A stretch of DNA of 64,000 nucleotides from an uncultured Chloroflexia bacterium (GTDB taxonomy: Bacteria; Chloroflexota; UBA6077; JACCZL01). Position 1 is the stretch's first letter. Each line of letters begins with the position of its first letter. This document shows positions 54,127 to 64,000 of this stretch, piece after piece. Under the pieces are notes generated by a model that had not been told where the DNA came from, did not search any database, and was given only the letters and a program-made list of their open reading frames with translations. The stretch is from positions 96,001 to 160,000 of the forward strand of contig CAVXYC010000007.1 of assembly GCA_963765765.1 (NCBI GenBank), in the 5' to 3' direction. A program made the translations under genes and the position numbers.

Positions 54127-55373
54127 ATGCCAGAAGCAGCAACTCTGACAGCACAAAAGGCGGCCGAGGTGCGCGAGCGATTCGGCACGCCGTGCTACGT
54201 CTACGATCAGCCCACGCTGGAGGCCTCCGCGCGCGCGGCGTTGGAGTTCCCTGCACCGTTCGGGTTCACGCTCCGCTATGCGATGAAGGCCAACCCGAGC
54301 CTGGGCGTGCTGCGGCTTTTTCGAGATTTGGGACTGCACATTGACGCCTCCAGCGACTTTGAAGTTGCTCGAGCGATGCGCGCCGGGTTCAAGCCAGAGC
54401 AAATCCAGCTCACCTCACAGGCGCCATCCAAGAGGCTGTCGGAGTGGGTCGAGAAGGGCGTGCGCTACAACGCCTGCTCTCTTTATCAACTGGAGGAATT
54501 TGGGAAGGCGGCTCCGGGCGGCCGACTGTCTGTTCGGCTCAATCCGGGCCTCGGCAGCGGTGGCACCAATCGCACCAACACTGGCGGTCCGGCGTCCAGC
54601 TTTGGCATCTGGCACCAGCATACCAATGAGGTGAAGCGCATCGCCGCGCAGTACTCCCTGACCATCGACCGGCTCCATAGCCACATCGGCTCCGGCTCAG
54701 ACCCCGAGGTATGGAAGCGCGTGACGCGGATGACGCTGGATCTTGCCGAGCAGCTCCCGGACGTGCGCTCCGTGAACCTTGGAGGAGGGTTCAAAGTCGG
54801 CCGCGTGCCCACCGAGACCACGACCGATCTCCAGGATATCGGCCGTCACATTGAGCGAGAGCTGCTGGAATTCCAGGAGCGCGATGGCCGCTCGCTCCAT
54901 ATGGAAGTGGAACCGGGCACCTGGTTGGTGGCCTTGGCCGGAATGGTCGTTTCCACCTGCATTGATGTCGTTGATACAGGAGCCGACGGCTACATCTTTG
55001 CCAAGCTGGACACCGGCATGACGGAAGTGACCCGACCCGCGCTTTATGGCGCACAGCATCCGATAAGCGTCATCTCTGACGAGACGGAGCCGGCGGACGT
55101 TGTATTTGTAGGTCCGTGCTGCGAGTCGGGTGACATTCTGACGCCCGCCCCGGCGATCCCGAAGCGCTGGCCCCCCGCACGGTCCTACGCCCGCGCATCG
55201 GCGATCTCGTGGTAGTTGGCGGGGCCGGCGCATACTGCGCGGCAATGTCCGTCAGTAACTACAACTCGTACCCTGAGGCGCCAGAAGTGTTGCTGGAACC
55301 CAACGGCAATCTGCGACTACTCCGAAAGCGGCAGGAGCCAGGGCAGGTCTGGGAAAACGAGATCGAGGGCTAA
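54127..55373 (+). CDS. lysA: Diaminopimelate decarboxylase, frameshift near 55153
   Basis: FGTP.YVYD, YAMKAN, HSHIGSG, NLGGG, EPG, GPCCESGD; shifted GAYCAAMS..NYNSYP. Confidence 0.9.
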
Positions 55374-55445
55374 GAGCCCGGTTGGACCGCGGCCGTCCTC
55401 GCGGCTCTCAGCCGGCTGGAAGCCGATCCGCAGGTGTTGCAATGC

Positions 55446-55486
55446 TGGAAAAGCAGCCACCATCTCGAAGGGTGGCTGCTTTTCCA
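55446..55486. terminator. Bidirectional intrinsic terminator
   Basis: TGGAAAAGCAGCCACC-N9-GGTGGCTGCTTTTCCA between convergent genes. Confidence 0.75.
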
Positions 55487-55499
55487 TATGCCAGTGGTA

Positions 55500-56828
55500 C
55501 TACACCGACGCGTGATGAACGCCGGGCGTGGCTTGCAAGTATTCGTGGGCACCTTCTACCCACGTGACGTTGCGCGGCAGGACCACGCCGGCTGAGCGAA
55601 CGCGGTACGCCTCGGGCACCTCAACGCCAGTTGGCACGGTGCCATTGTCGCGAAGCTCTTTCGCCGCCTTGATCCAGCGGCGGCGCACCTGAATAATGGC
55701 CGTATCGCTGGTACCCAGGCGCTCCTTCGTCCGATCGTAGATTGGCCCCATGCTCTCCTGCATGGCCTGGTCTTGCATGCCCAGGTTAGGAATCCCTGAG
55801 AACAAGTACGTCCGCTCCAGCTCGAAATCGCGCTCGTAATCGTTATCGGCATTGGCACGCGGCATCCAACGACTTTGTGGGATAGCCGCCTGAGACTCGG
55901 CGTAGCCATTCTCGCCGACGTGGATACCACTGCCGGGATAGGTCTTCATCCTGATGAGCTCATCGTCTGTCAACGCCCGCGTGGGGTGCCAGCTAATACT
56001 CCAGGCCATCGTGTTCTCGTCATCGATCGGCACCCACGCGTGGCCGCCGATCACCGGACTCTCACCGTACGAAGGGATCATTGAGTAGAAGGGCATCAGG
56101 AACTGCGTGATGCGCCAGTACCAGGAGTCTGCCTCGGCGGCGCGACGCGCCCCAACGAGGACGCCGTAGTTGGTGTCCACGACCTCAAAGTGCGGGTGCT
56201 TGTCCTTGCGCTTGTAATCCAGGCCCCTCTCCTGCGCGGTGCCCAGGTCATCCTGGCGATGCAGTCGCATATGGAGGAAGCCCGAATGGCTCGAATCGAT
56301 GCCGCCCTCGAGCCCTTGCGCCCAATTACATTTTTCGTAGCGCTTGGAGATGTAGCGCTGATCCGCTGGTAAGAGGTTCCACTCGAGCGAGGGCAGCTCC
56401 GGGCGGTGTCTCGCGAGCTCCTAGATATGCCCAGATCACGCCGTTACGCTCGCGCGTTCGGTACGTCTGGATGCGGACCTTGTGCTTGAAGTTCGATTCG
56501 GGCGGCTCGTTCGGCATGTCCACGCACGCGCCTGAGGTGTTGAACTTCCAGCCATGGTAGACGCAGCGCAGACCCTGCTCTTCATTGCGACCGAAGAACA
56601 TGGACGCCCCACGGTGCGGACAGTTCTCCGCCATGAGCCCCACGTCACCGCTGGTATCGCGGAAGGCGATGAGCTGCTCTCCCAGCAGCTTGATGCGCTC
56701 CGGAGGACAATCTGGACCAGGCAGCTCGGAGGACACCAGGATCGGTAGCCAATACTGGCGAAGGGTCTCGCCCATAGGAGTTCCGGGCCCCACCGGCACA
56801 TCAGCTCATTCTCTTCACGACTCAGCAT
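55500..56828 (-). CDS. Rieske oxygenase alpha subunit, paralog of 7866..9122; frameshifts near 56795, 56400 and probably 56240
   Basis: CPHRGAS.FFGRNEE.G.RCVYHGWKF; EGGIDSSH..FLH; QDQAMQESMG..DRTKE.LG. Confidence 0.88.
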
Positions 56829-57006
56829 CGCGCCAACCTCAAGCAAGATTATTGTGAAGCCTAACCCCACAATCAGCGAGCTCGCCTCGCGTAGACGGGT
56901 GGGGCATCCTACCCGACCGAGTAGTTTTGCCTCGCCGATTCGATTGACGACTGGGTGATGGCTCGGGCGGAAATACCTGCCCGCTCGGTCCTCTCACGCA
57001 GACTGC

Positions 57007-58333
57007 TCAGTGAGACTGGTCGCGGGAAGCGCCGCTCAGGTTTAGACCGAGCGCGACGATGGCAAGCATACCGGCTACTCCCGAGCCAACGAGCACCAGA
57101 CTCCTTGCGGCGCCCTGAACGATATCAGGAGCGAGCACTGGACCAATTCGTAGTATGACGGCCAACCCTGCAAGCGCGAGAGTGACCCAGACGAGCGCGT
57201 CCGCGCGCAGCGGTCGACCGGCAAAGCCTGGTAGCAGCTTGACGGCTTCGCCAAATATCAGGAGCGTGACGAAGCCCAGCCCCACGATATGCCATTCCGC
57301 CCGCAGCGGAGCGCCGACCAAACCGGGGACGAGCATTGCCAGGGCCGCGCTTATCAGAACGAGAGCATTGAGACCGAGACAGCCGAAGGCGATAAGCCCG
57401 TGCCACTGAGCGGCATCCGTGTACCAGGGGTCACGGCCACCTGGGACAGCACGTCGGGCGGCGAACACGCGTGAGCCAACGATGAACAAGCCGCTTGCAA
57501 CGGCAATGGCGACGAGTCCGACGGCGACCACAGTCAGCGCGCCTGCGATCTCTCCGCCTGCCCGGAGCCCAAGGCCGCAAAGGAGCAGGGCCAAACCGGC
57601 GTTCAGCATACGCGGATCTGGCATTGGCGCCGCAAAGTGCAGCGGGAAGAGTCGTGCGCCCACGCCCACGGAGACAGGAACTAGAAACCCATACAGCCCG
57701 AGCAGCAGACTCAATCGATACGCCGGACCCCTCAGCACGCCATCATCGGGCGCCAGCACGACAGCTACAGATTCAAGGCCAACGACAGCCACAACGCCGC
57801 GAATGAGAGTAAGCAGGAAGGGAAGAATCTCACCAAGTCTGGGGCGGCTCTTAAGTGGCGGGTCTCCGCGCTAGCGTTCTGGCGAGCATCGCCAATGCAA
57901 GCGATGCTCCGAGTAGCTCGAGGATCCCGGAAAGGACGAGGCCGAGCCGTGTCCAGGATCCCAGTCCCAACGGCGCGCCCAAGTCCATGCCGGGCTGACT
58001 TATTCCGCGCAGCACCAGCCCACCGAGAAGCAGCCACAGGACCATGCTAGCCCGCCCGGCGTCCGCCAGCTCACGACCGCGTAGGCGCGGCAGGAAATGA
58101 AAACCGACGCCGAGCACCATGAGTCCGGCCCAGCCAAAGATGAGCTCGTGCGCGTGCACTTGTGCAGCGGCCTGCCACCATCGCCCGAGCGGCCAGCCGA
58201 GTAGTGGCACGGCGAAGAGCAGCGCGCCAAGCCCGAAGCCGAAGACCAATGCCAGTCCGATGGCGGACCAGAAAAATGGTGACCAGACCGAAGTGCCCTG
58301 ACTCATTGCTTCATTCAGAGGTGGCCGCGGCAA
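57007..58333 (-). CDS. NnrS-like membrane protein, frameshift near 57860
   Basis: QVHAHELIFGW..GVGFHFLP; multiple TM segments; HIVGLGFVTLLIFG. Confidence 0.7.
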
Positions 58334-58500
58334 GAATCAACACGCCTAGCGTTTCTCTCCAGGCGATAGTGCCACAGTGAGTGCGGATATCGTTACATGG
58401 CATATCGGCCTACATCACGTTCGCCGTATCAGGGCCCTGACACCTAGCGGCTCAGGCGGAGTGTTACGGATCAGCCCGCGACCCTCTGTGGAACAACCGG

Positions 58501-59637
58501 ATGCCTGAGCGCCGGCGAGCGGCACGCTCAGACAGTTACACTTTCATCGTGCCCAATCTGACACCGTTTCCCTCAGTTCGCCACGACCGGCCGGCCGTGA
58601 TTCTGGCGCCGATGCAAGGCGTAACAGATCGGTCGATGCGGGAGTTCTGGGGCGAGCGTGGCGGCTTCACGTTCAGCGTGAGCGAGTATGCGCGTGTGTC
58701 TGATCACGCGTTGCCCGCGAAGGTCTTCTACGCTCACGTCCCGGAGGTGTTCGATACGCACTGTGCAACCGATTCTGGGCTGCCAGTATCTGTCCAGCTC
58801 CTGGGCGGCGACGCGGAACGGCTGGCGCGTTCCGCTTTGACGGCCGTTGAGACCGGCGCGCAGAGCATCGATTTGAATTTTGGGTGCCCGGCGCCCACGG
58901 TGAATCGGCACGATGGCGGCGCCACGCTGCTCCGCTCGCCTGAGCGAATACGCGAGATCGTGACCGCGGTGCGCGCGGCGGTGCCGCGACATGTGCCGGT
59001 ATCGGCCAAGCTGCGGCTCGGCTGGGACTCTCTGGATCCGATTCACGAGAACGCCGAGATGGCGGCCGAGGGCGGAGCATCGTGGCTCACCATCCATGCG
59101 CGGACTCGCGTTCAGGGCTACGAGCCGCCGGTGTATTGGGAGCCAATTGGTGAGGTTCAGCGCCGTCTCTCGATACCGGTTGTGGCGAATGGCGACATCT
59201 GGACCATTGACGATCTTCGCCGGTGTCGTGACGTGACGGGCTGCGATCATTTCATGCTAGGGCGTGGCGCGTTTGCGGATCCATGGCTGGCACATAAGGC
59301 GTCTGTGGAGCTGGGCATCGCCACGCCACGAGAGGTTGACATCGCGAATGGCCCGGGGGAGCGTCCGCTTGCTGATTGGCTTCCGGTACTGCGGCGATTC
59401 GCGGAGATCGGTTTCCGGATGTACGCGGGAGAATATTCGGCCAGCGCGGTGAGCCGCTATACGGCGATGCGTCTCAAGCAGTGGCTGCGGGTTGCGTCGG
59501 CGCGCCGAGCGGCCTCATGGCTGAACCTGGTGAAGCTGGCTCAGACCACTGAAGACGTGTTGGAGATCCTGGAACAAGCGGCACGCGAGGGCTCCCAAAC
59601 GGACTTCGGCGTCTTTGCTGGGGTCAGTGTTAGGTAG
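58501..59637 (+). CDS. tRNA-dihydrouridine synthase (DusC-like); the start may be GTG 58549
   Basis: LAPMQG, VQLLG, DLNFGCP, K.RLGWD, IHART, ANGDI, MLGRG. Confidence 0.92.
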   Translation: MPERRRAARSDSYTFIVPNLTPFPSVRHDRPAVILAPMQGVTDRSMREFWGERGGFTFSVSEYARVSDHALPAKVFYAHVPEVFDTHCATDSGLPVSVQLLGGDAERLARSALTAVETGAQSIDLNFGCPAPTVNRHDGGATLLRSPERIREIVTAVRAAVPRHVPVSAKLRLGWDSLDPIHENAEMAAEGGASWLTIHARTRVQGYEPPVYWEPIGEVQRRLSIPVVANGDIWTIDDLRRCRDVTGCDHFMLGRGAFADPWLAHKASVELGIATPREVDIANGPGERPLADWLPVLRRFAEIGFRMYAGEYSASAVSRYTAMRLKQWLRVASARRAASWLNLVKLAQTTEDVLEILEQAAREGSQTDFGVFAGVSVR

Positions 59638-59694
59638 AGATAGAGGCGCGTGAGCGCTTCAGTCGCTCTGGTGAAAACTCATCCGTCCAGCCTA

Positions 59695-59723
59695 TTGACG
59701 TAGCGCATCCAGCGGCGTACCAT
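59695..59723 (+). promoter_or_regulatory. Housekeeping sigma-70 promoter TTGACG-N17-TACCAT
   Basis: Near-consensus hexamers with exact 17-bp spacing. Confidence 0.7.
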
Positions 59724-59730
59724 GCCAATT

Positions 59731-59750
59731 TATAGAACGTATGTTCTATA
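59731..59750. promoter_or_regulatory. LexA (Cheo-type) SOS box GAAC-N4-GTTC
   Basis: TATAGAAC-GTAT-GTTCTATA with 8-bp perfect arms, at the predicted transcription start. Confidence 0.75.
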
Positions 59751-59767
59751 ACGCGTGAGGTGGTGTG

Positions 59768-60111
59768 GTGGTCAAACGACGTGTGCGAACGGAGCGGCCT
59801 GAAATGGTGAGGCCTGCCGAGACCCGGCGGCCTCCAAATTCTACGCCCGCTGCCTGACCGATACCGATTGTCAGGATCTGGTCCAGGCCGCGGCGCTCGA
59901 AGGTGTGGATGCCGAGATTGCCGTGCTGCGCGTGCTCATCAAGCAGGATCTCTCCGAGGGACGCATGGTGGAAGCACGGCGCGACATCGAAGCGCTTTGC
60001 CGAACACTTAAGGTCCAGTACGCATTGGACGATCGATCCACCGACAACCTCTCCCAAGCGCTGGCTCGAGTGCTTGACGAGATTGGTAATGAGCTAGGGA
60101 TGACGCTATGA
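59768..60111 (+). CDS. ~114-aa helical protein, putative small-terminase-like; probable 1-bp deletion near 59803
   Basis: GAGGTGG RBS; the frame KFYARCL..DLVQAAALEGVDAEIAVLRVLIK..ALARVLDEIG is open upstream of the tracked start 59905. Confidence 0.6.
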
Positions 60112-60374
60112 GCCAGGACTTATTGGAGCATGCGATCCGCCGCTGGGGCGCCGCGGGAGCTCGTCAGGAATCACCGGTGGCAGCGCTAAAGGAGTCGGCT
60201 GAGCTTGTTCGCCGACTGGACGACCACGGCTGCGCCTATGGACGCGTGACCGCTGCCCGCCTGGATGCGCTGACGCGTTCATTCGAGCGACTCGAGGTCA
60301 AGCTGAACGGGGTGCTTCTGGCGGCACTCGGAACCTTCTTGAGCACCCTGGTGGGTCTCTACCTTCGCGGCTAA
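60108..60374 (+). CDS. 88-aa coiled-coil protein with C-terminal TM (XhlA/holin-like architecture)
   Basis: ATGA overlap with the upstream stop; GCAYG..RLDALTRSFERLEVKLNG + hydrophobic tail. Confidence 0.7.
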   Translation: MSQDLLEHAIRRWGAAGARQESPVAALKESAELVRRLDDHGCAYGRVTAARLDALTRSFERLEVKLNGVLLAALGTFLSTLVGLYLRG

Positions 60375-60466
60375 TTGCACTCTGGAGCAGATCGGGAGCT
60401 GTCATGCGTAATGAACAAACCGCGGTGCTTGCGCCGCCAGGGATCGATACACATCCAGCGAAGGAC

Positions 60467-60581
60467 GGCGAGGCGACCCCACCCCAGCCCTCCCCGTGCG
60501 CGGGGAGGGGGAGGTCCCCGACTTTCTGAGTCCCGGCTCCCTCCCCGCGCACGGGGAGGGCTGGGGTGGGGTCGCCTCGCC
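60467..60581. repeat. 43-bp perfect inverted repeat of CCCCACCCCAGCCCTCCCC..GGGGAGGG type
   Basis: Arms at 60467-60509 and 60539-60581. Confidence 0.85.
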
Positions 60582-60622
60582 TCCAGACCTAACCGCCTGG
60601 GGGCAGGCCCTGGCACGGGCGC

Positions 60623-61531
60623 TTGCCCTGGCCACTCAGACGACGCCAACCGAAATCAGCAATCCATCCGGCTCCGAACCCCGATCGCCGCGAATCCGTT
60701 GAGATCGACGCGCTTGCGCGAGCATATCGCGACGGTGATCCAACCGTGCTGGCCGAGCTGCATGCGGCCCTGCGGCCGATCATCCAATCGTCTATCGCGC
60801 GGACGTTCCAGCTCGGCCCCTTGCCCGGGCCACTGGAGTCGCGCGACCTCGATCAGCAGAGCTGGATTCTGCTGGCGGAGCTCACTCGCCGCTGGGATCC
60901 GGAGCAGGCGCCCTTTTTGCCGTATGTTCATGGCGCCTTTCCGTGGGCACTACGCCGCTACCTGCGCTCGCAATCATCCGATCGCCGCTCGATCCGTACT
61001 CGAGTAATCAGCACTGAGCACGCCGAGCTCTTTAGCAAAGCGGATGCGCAAACGGGCGTCGACGGCCGCGACTGGGACACCCACCTGATGTGCGATGAGG
61101 TGCTGACCGAGCTGACCGCCGAGCATCAGCGAGCGCTGCAGCTCCACTTTGCCGAGCGCCGCCGCCCGGCCGAAGTGGCAACGGCCATGGGTCTCCCACT
61201 GGAGCAGGTGGAGCCACTAGTAAAACGCGCTATTCGCGCTGCTCGGGCAGTAGCCAACGGCCGCCGCGCGCCGGACCAGCAAGCAGATCTTCAACTCCTG
61301 GTGGAGGCGCTTCACGCCGGCGCGGACAAACGCGGTCGCTTACCCGGCCGAGCTTGGGTGTGTTTGGAGACGGGCCTCTCCGAGCTGCGATTCGCCCGGC
61401 TCATGCGTCTGTTGGTGAGCGCGGATTGCATTGTTGGCCGCTCGGCCCGCATCGCCGGCCGCTTGAGGCATGCAACCCCCGAGGAAACGCTTGCGGCAGT
61501 GCAAAGCGAAGAGATGATGGTGAGGAGTTAA
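60623..61531 (+). CDS. Alternative sigma-70 family factor with a C-terminal winged-HTH-like extension; the true start may be ATG 60404
   Basis: Region 2: DLDQQSWILL..RWDP...FLPY...ALRRYLR; region 4: LTAEHQRALQLHF..PAEVATAMGL; tail LPGRAWVCLETGLS..FARLMRLL. Confidence 0.75.
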   Translation: MPWPLRRRQPKSAIHPAPNPDRRESVEIDALARAYRDGDPTVLAELHAALRPIIQSSIARTFQLGPLPGPLESRDLDQQSWILLAELTRRWDPEQAPFLPYVHGAFPWALRRYLRSQSSDRRSIRTRVISTEHAELFSKADAQTGVDGRDWDTHLMCDEVLTELTAEHQRALQLHFAERRRPAEVATAMGLPLEQVEPLVKRAIRAARAVANGRRAPDQQADLQLLVEALHAGADKRGRLPGRAWVCLETGLSELRFARLMRLLVSADCIVGRSARIAGRLRHATPEETLAAVQSEEMMVRS

Positions 61532-61561
61532 GGTGATCGTGCACTCTTCACACTTAACTCT

Positions 61562-62239
61562 TCACTCCAAAAGGTCGAGTACCTGCGACAGGCTGGTCAC
61601 GCAATGATCGTAGCGTTCGCTGGTGCCATAGTCGCCACTCTGATGGGGCTGCTCAACCTTGACCGAGACCATGCCCAGATCCGTAGCGGCGTCCAACTCG
61701 CCAAACGCGCCATCCGCGACGAACATCGTCTCCTCCACACTCACACCCAGCGCCCGACACGCATGGCGAAAGAACTCTGGATCCGGCTTGGCCAGACGCA
61801 CGTCGCAGGAGAGCACCAGCTCATCCATCAGCGCATCCAAGCCCAGGACTGACACCACCGCGCCCGCCTGGCAGGAGCAATTGCTCAGCAAACCCAGGCG
61901 ATACCCCCGGCTGCGGAGCTCCTGGAGCAGCGGCACCGTCTCTGGATAAAGGTGTACCGCCTCAGACCACGCCCGATTCTCCAGCTCGACGAGATGGGCC
62001 GTCAACTCCGGCGTGGCATCAACACCGAGATGGCTCAGCATGAGCGTGATCTGCTCGCCCAAATCACCGAGCGTGCCGAGCATCCGGTCCCAAGCCGTGT
62101 CCCGCCATTGATCCATAAACCCGTCGTGATCCACGCCCGCAAGCTCTGCGAGCTGGCGACGAGCATCACGAATCAGCTGGCCATCAAGATAGGCTAGCGT
62201 ATCGTAGAGATCAAAGAGGACGGTGGAGACGCGCGGCAT
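61562..62239 (-). CDS. HAD superfamily hydrolase
   Basis: FDLYDTL, LLSN, KPDP, FVADG. Confidence 0.88.
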   Translation of the reverse strand: MPRVSTVLFDLYDTLAYLDGQLIRDARRQLAELAGVDHDGFMDQWRDTAWDRMLGTLGDLGEQITLMLSHLGVDATPELTAHLVELENRAWSEAVHLYPETVPLLQELRSRGYRLGLLSNCSCQAGAVVSVLGLDALMDELVLSCDVRLAKPDPEFFRHACRALGVSVEETMFVADGAFGELDAATDLGMVSVKVEQPHQSGDYGTSERYDHCVTSLSQVLDLLE

Positions 62240-62352
62240 GCGGTGTGTCAGTCTCTACAACAATAAACCAGGCTACCCGTTGGGTGTCGAACTCTTGAAC
62301 ATTGAGCGCTGTGGGATCGCAAGAGAGCTCACTCTACTCCCGCCGAGAGCGG

Positions 62353-63348
62353 TTAGCCTGAGCGCTCATCCAAGACCCGCCACAGCTCGTCACGCCACAC
62401 CGGCTCGGCCGGCTCGCGGCAACCGCCGCACAGAACCACGCGTTCGGCGCCCTGCATCCGCCCGATCACCGTGGCAGTGAGCGATTGAGCCTGGAGACCT
62501 TCCACCATGGCCGGACCATCGGAACAAGCAATCAGCAGAGCACCGCTGGAGATAAGCTTGAGCGGGTCTGCTCCGAATACTTCGCAGATCGCCTGGGTCT
62601 CCTCGCGGATGGGTACGCGCTCCGCGTCAAGCTCAAAACCGAGTCCGGAGGATTCGGCCATCTCCCACATTGCGCCCAGCACGCCGCCCTCTGTGGGGTC
62701 ATGCATGGCCGTGGCTCCCAGCTCGGCAGCGGCTAATCCCTCGCGTACAACGCTCACGAAATCGATACACCGCGCTCCCGCGGCGATCAACGCTGGCGCA
62801 ACACGACCCGTCAGGTCATCCGCGCAGTCGTTCGATAAGATCGCCGTGCCCTCCAGACCAGCCCATTTAGCCAGCACAATCGCATCACCCACTCGGGCAC
62901 CCGATGAGCGCACGATCCGGTCACGCGGCGCCTTACCTACGGCGGTCATCGCGAGAATCGGCGCCGCGATTCCGGGTGTGACCTCTGTGTGCCCGCCCAG
63001 AATCTCAATGCCGAGCTCGGTAGCAGCACGGTGCATATCGTTCATGACCGCGCTCACCAGCGCTTCATCCGCCGACTCTGGCAGAAGCACCGTAGCGAGC
63101 ACTCCTACTGGAGCGGCGCCCATGGCAGCGATGTCATTGCAGGCTACGTGCACGCCGAGCCAGCCCGCCCGCTCCCCCGCCGCGGTGATCGGATCCGCTG
63201 AGAGCACACAGCTCTCGGCGCCAAAATCAATCACAGCCGAATCCTCGCCGAGCGCCGCGTGCACCAGCACGTCAGCTCGGCGCGTCCCCAGCTTACCCAG
63301 AACCAGGCGACGGAGATCGTCGGGCGAAAGCTTGCCTGATCGCATCAT
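62353..63348 (-). CDS. AIR synthase-like (HypE/PurM family) protein
   Basis: GEDSA, DPIT, NDIAAMG, GGHTE, MHDPTEGG, LISSG. Confidence 0.9.
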   Translation of the reverse strand: MMRSGKLSPDDLRRLVLGKLGTRRADVLVHAALGEDSAVIDFGAESCVLSADPITAAGERAGWLGVHVACNDIAAMGAAPVGVLATVLLPESADEALVSAVMNDMHRAATELGIEILGGHTEVTPGIAAPILAMTAVGKAPRDRIVRSSGARVGDAIVLAKWAGLEGTAILSNDCADDLTGRVAPALIAAGARCIDFVSVVREGLAAAELGATAMHDPTEGGVLGAMWEMAESSGLGFELDAERVPIREETQAICEVFGADPLKLISSGALLIACSDGPAMVEGLQAQSLTATVIGRMQGAERVVLCGGCREPAEPVWRDELWRVLDERSG

Positions 63349-63888
63349 TCAGTTCCGCGCACGTCGATACCCCGCCGCCTGAGCATCCGCTTCGCCCGCA
63401 AAACATTCCTCGGGATCCGTTTGCGCGTAAGAGCCTCCGCCGGGCACGTGGTAAATCCACTCAGTAGTGCTGCGACTCCCCCGATTTCCTTTGATAGGAT
63501 GCGTTGCTGGGCAGGCTCCGCGACCAGCCGCGGGAACGCCACGTCCCGCCGGCTTCGCACTACCTGGCGTGACAACACTAGGCGCAGTTGTCGCGGTGGC
63601 TGGAGTGGGCGTCGGGCTGGGCTCAACAGGCGTTGGCGAGACCGGCGTTCTCGTTGACGTGGCGGATGACGCGATTGTTGGACTGGGCGGAATGAGCGTG
63701 GACGTTGACGTTACCGTAGGAGCGGCCGTAGGGATCACCGTAGGCACCTGGGATGTTGGAACCGGCGAATTAACGTTGACCGCCGCAAGCTCCGCTGATC
63801 GTGGAACATCTCTAGAACATGCGGCGATGGCGCACAGGGCGAGAAGTGCCACCACAACAACTCGAATTGCTCCGGGCAGATTACGCAT
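63349..63888 (-). CDS. Lipoprotein with P/T linker and a C-terminal sunset (Ada metal-binding-like) domain
   Basis: Lipobox IAAC; IKGN..IYHVPGG.SY..T.PEECF..EADAQAAGYR. Confidence 0.78.
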   Translation of the reverse strand: MRNLPGAIRVVVVALLALCAIAACSRDVPRSAELAAVNVNSPVPTSQVPTVIPTAAPTVTSTSTLIPPSPTIASSATSTRTPVSPTPVEPSPTPTPATATTAPSVVTPGSAKPAGRGVPAAGRGACPATHPIKGNRGSRSTTEWIYHVPGGGSYAQTDPEECFAGEADAQAAGYRRARN

Positions 63889-64000
63889 ACACGTCCCACG
63901 ATAGGCTCACAGTTAATAAGCAAGTCGGCGTCAATGTGGGGAGGTTCAAACTAGCGAACGGCCTTGATAGTACGCGATGACTGCCCGCTCGCTTCACTGG

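Noticed and set aside
59768-61531. Intact prophage
   Set aside because: No integrase, att sites, large terminase, portal or capsid genes, and housekeeping genes lie on both sides

Overview
GC-rich bacterial chromosomal window, most consistent with a Chloroflexota genome (inferred from gyrB/lepA style, Pro/Ala-rich lipoprotein SBPs, paralogous Rieske oxygenases, a lone Mo-hydroxylase large subunit, an LPXTG protein and a GAAC-N4-GTTC LexA box). About 50 genes: gyrB, lepA, katE, lysA, a Dus enzyme, M13 peptidase, GH31, a UvrD/exonuclease fusion, ABC/TAXI transport parts, an OmpR-type two-component pair, two paralogous membrane-anchored clan GH-A glycosidases and one complete ISKra4-like IS with TIRs and a 9-bp target duplication. 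Many genes carry 1-bp frameshifts that look like long-read assembly errors. No rRNA, tRNA or CRISPR array is supported. Most interesting: (1) a LexA-box-controlled operon at 59.7-61.5 kb encoding two small phage/GTA-like proteins and an atypical sigma-70 factor with a C-terminal winged-helix-like extension; (2) six -24/-12 (sigma-54-type) promoter motifs in front of small genes at 31-38 kb; (3) at least five unrelated REP-like palindrome doublets; (4) true relics of rpsD, a polyol dehydrogenase, a P-type ATPase and Uma2. All homology calls come from motif recognition by eye; no database searches were run.
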